NCBI RefSeq assembly: GCF_030144855.1
Contig: NC_082722.1
Location: forward strand, 39,556,001 to 39,620,000
Direction of reading: 5' to 3'
DNA from: Hypanus sabinus
Taxonomy: Eukaryota
DNA length: 64,000 nucleotides
The notes under the pieces are model-generated. The model had not been told where the DNA came from. It did not search any database and saw only the letters and a list, made by a program, of their open reading frames with translations. This document shows positions 61,372-64,000 of the stretch, one piece after another. The stretch's first letter is position 1. Each line of letters starts with the position of its first letter. Made by a program: the position numbers and the translations under genes.

Positions 61372-62242
61372 AATTTATGCAGATGACACAAAGGTTGATA
61401 GAGTTGTGGATAGTGTAGAAGTTAGTTGTAGGTTTCAACGCGACATTGACACGATAGAGAGCTGGCTAAGAAGTAGCAGAGTTCAACACAGCAAAGTGTG
61501 AAATGAGTTACTTTTAAATTTGAAGGTGGCGTACAGGTTTAATGGCAGGATTCCGAGCAGTGTAGAGGAATAAAGGTGTCTTGGGATCCATGTCCATAGA
61601 TCCATCAAAGTTGCTATGCAAGTTGATAGAGTTATTGAGAAGTGTGTGGTGTGTTGGCTTTCATTACTCAGAGGATTCGAGTTCAAGAGCACGGGGTAAT
61701 GATGTAGCTCTATAAAACCCGAGTTAGACTACACTTGGAATACTGTGTTCAGTTCTGGTCGCCTCATTATAGGAAGGATTTGGAATGTTTAAAGGAAATT
61801 ACCAGGATGATGCCTAGATTAGAGAGCATGTCTTAGTTGAGTGAGCTAGGGCTTTTCTCTTTGGAGTGGAGGAGGATGAGAAGTGACTTGATAGAAATTT
61901 ACAAGATAATAAGAGGCATAGATCGAGTGGATAGCCAGAGTTTTTTTCCAGGATAGATACGGCTAACGCATGGGGGCATAATTTTAAGGGTGTTTGGAGG
62001 AGTGTCAGAGGTTAATTTTTTTTTTTGCAGAGTGATGAGTACTTGGAATACCCTACCACAGATGGTGGTAGAGGAAAATATATTAGGGACATTTAAGAAA
62101 CTCTTAGATAAGCACATGGATGATAGAAAAATGGAGAACTATGTAGGAGGGAAGGGTGAGATTGATCTTTTAGCTAAAAAGTCAGCACAACATTGTGGTT
62201 TGAAGGGCCTTTACTGTGCTATAATTTTCTGTGTTCTACTGT
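61372..62242 (+). mobile_element. CR1 LINE 3' fragment
   Basis: YADDTKV motif (TATGCAGATGACACAAAGGTT), RLHLEYCVQFWSPHYRKD, STWNTLP. Confidence 0.85.
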
Positions 62243-62639
62243 ATGTAAATTGCAAAGAAGATGACACAGGGAAGAAACGTTAAGTGGCAAGTATCGACTC
62301 TTAAGTGGGATTGACACATGGAGGTAAAACATATACCATGCTCCGAGAGAAATGAGGTGATGGCCTAATTGTATAGATCTTCCAAAGTGCTATCAGCAAC
62401 AATAGATTGAGAGGCCTCATGTTTGGTATCAATTTACTGTTAGTAGATCATAAAAATACATTATATTAAATACATTGTTTTGTTATATGGCACTGCCTCC
62501 ACATAACACTTAACATTTAAATCTGGGCAATCATACAAGACAATGGACCATCAGCAACAGCAAGATTATAAATTCCCAGAATCTGCAAACCTATGGTCCA
62601 TTATATACCCGCTGCTATGCTCTTCTTCCCTTAGGCAAG

Positions 62640-63690
62640 CCCTAGAACACATGACGACTGCTTTGTACTTGAGTTGTGATGGTTTTGAAGTGGCTGATAC
62701 AGTCACCACGGGATCTGTAGACTCTACCAGGAGTAGCTAAGTATGACATTTGGGAGATGTGCTATTTCTGCTATTTGTTTTGGGGAAACTAGGATTCTCA
62801 AGGAACATATGAAAGCTGCTCCATTTTGAGTTGTCAGGACCAAATATTTCCAAGTGTTGGCAGGGTTGTTACACTCCAACAAGGCCTTCTTGATCTATCT
62901 CCTCTGTCCACCTGATAAAATGTTGTGAAAATGAAGCACAGAGAAGAACGTCTGTTTTGGTAATCTGATGATAGACTAGTAGATGAGTGTATTTAGGGAT
63001 CCTGGCCTAGGGCTGGGTGCTAAGATATATCTTAATGGATTTGGAGGATGTTTTGAAGATTGTTGTGCTTATGGTGTCTCAGAGATTCTTTGACATGTTC
63101 TCTTCTTCTCAGATGTGGAAAATGAGGTTGTGAACTTACAACCAATAAGTTGAGAATTCCAGCAGGGATGCTGCCTGCCACTGCCATCTTATTTTGTAGC
63201 TGGCATGTGGTCTTTTTGACTTTGTTGGTCAGGGTTAGCAGTGAAGATGAACTGGATAGTTGGCTATGAAATGAAATTGTGGACAGAGGCCTTTGAAGTG
63301 GGCCCTGACTCTTAACAGGATGAGCCCTAAGACATAAACAGCACGTGTCTTGTGCACTGGACTGCTCTGAAGAATCCTGAACGCATTGGTTTTCTGAGAT
63401 TTGCCAAACTTCCTGTGTTCTTTCCACTGAAGTTTCATGAAAAGTGAGATGGAGATGGTGGCTTGTTGATGTGATCTTACCTCTTGCGTCCATTTACTGG
63501 GAAACAACAACCTGCCTTGGTAGACTGATCTACCTACTCCATTGCTACTATCATCAAACAAGTTTTGGATTAACAAATGTAGATGAAAATGATAAAGCAA
63601 CCTATGCAGCTCCAGTAAATATATCATGGAATGTTGTTGCTCATTTGGCTCATCTCACCCCTGCCAGCAGTTTGAAAATCCATTCTAGAT
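62640..63690 (-). mobile_element. Degraded RTE-like LINE remnant
   Basis: Broken minus-strand frames (63032-63627) with LINE RT-tail-like composition; family uncertain. Confidence 0.35.
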
Positions 63691-64000
63691 TAATTTGAGT
63701 TGCTAGCTTTTTTCCACCCCTGTTTTACAAATGAGTCTTCTTTGTATCTACTTGTCTTTTGAAAGTTAAGAGATTTGATTGAACTACACTTTCAAGTTGT
63801 AATGTCTGGATCTGAGTAACAGTGTGGAAAAAATTTCTCCTCATTTCCACTTTTGTTCCTTTATGAGCTGTTTACTAAATTGTAAATGTGGAGATGCTCC
63901 AAGGATTCTTGGTCAATTGTAAAATAATTTGGGAGGTTCTAAAATCTCTGATTCATAGTGACTGACCCACTTGCAGAAGGAAATCATTTCCTTCTGGTTT

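Overview
Eukaryotic vertebrate genomic DNA. The repeat landscape (CR1 LINEs, V-type SINEs, abundant Penelope-like termini) suggests a cartilaginous fish, probably a ray; this is inference. I reconstructed four spliced genes by eye from GT-AG boundaries and recalled homology: HEATR3 coding exon 1 (-, 2189-2329), complete six-exon CNEP1R1 (-, 5855-16371, 125 aa), a complete divergent NCOA5-like gene head-to-head with CNEP1R1 (+, CDS 19929-36491, about 363 aa), and ZNF423 coding exon 1 (+, 53856-53895, MSRRKQSKPRAVK) in a CpG island. This matches the HEATR3-CNEP1R1-ZNF423 block I recall at human 16q12, with an extra intact NCOA5 paralogue. The most unusual object is a 3.9-kb non-autonomous Gypsy LTR element (6981-10925) in CNEP1R1 intron 5. 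Its open 565-codon ORF fuses degenerate protease/RT remnants to intronless myosin heavy-chain rod fragments (MYH16-like) and shows an A-to-G-biased decay signature. Other points of interest: Penelope-derived short elements carrying minimal hammerhead ribozyme cores, a candidate 3-nt microexon, a local inverted duplication, and nested DNA transposons. Most short ORFs in the supplied track are noise or repeat remnants. All homology calls come from memory of the protein families, not from database searches.
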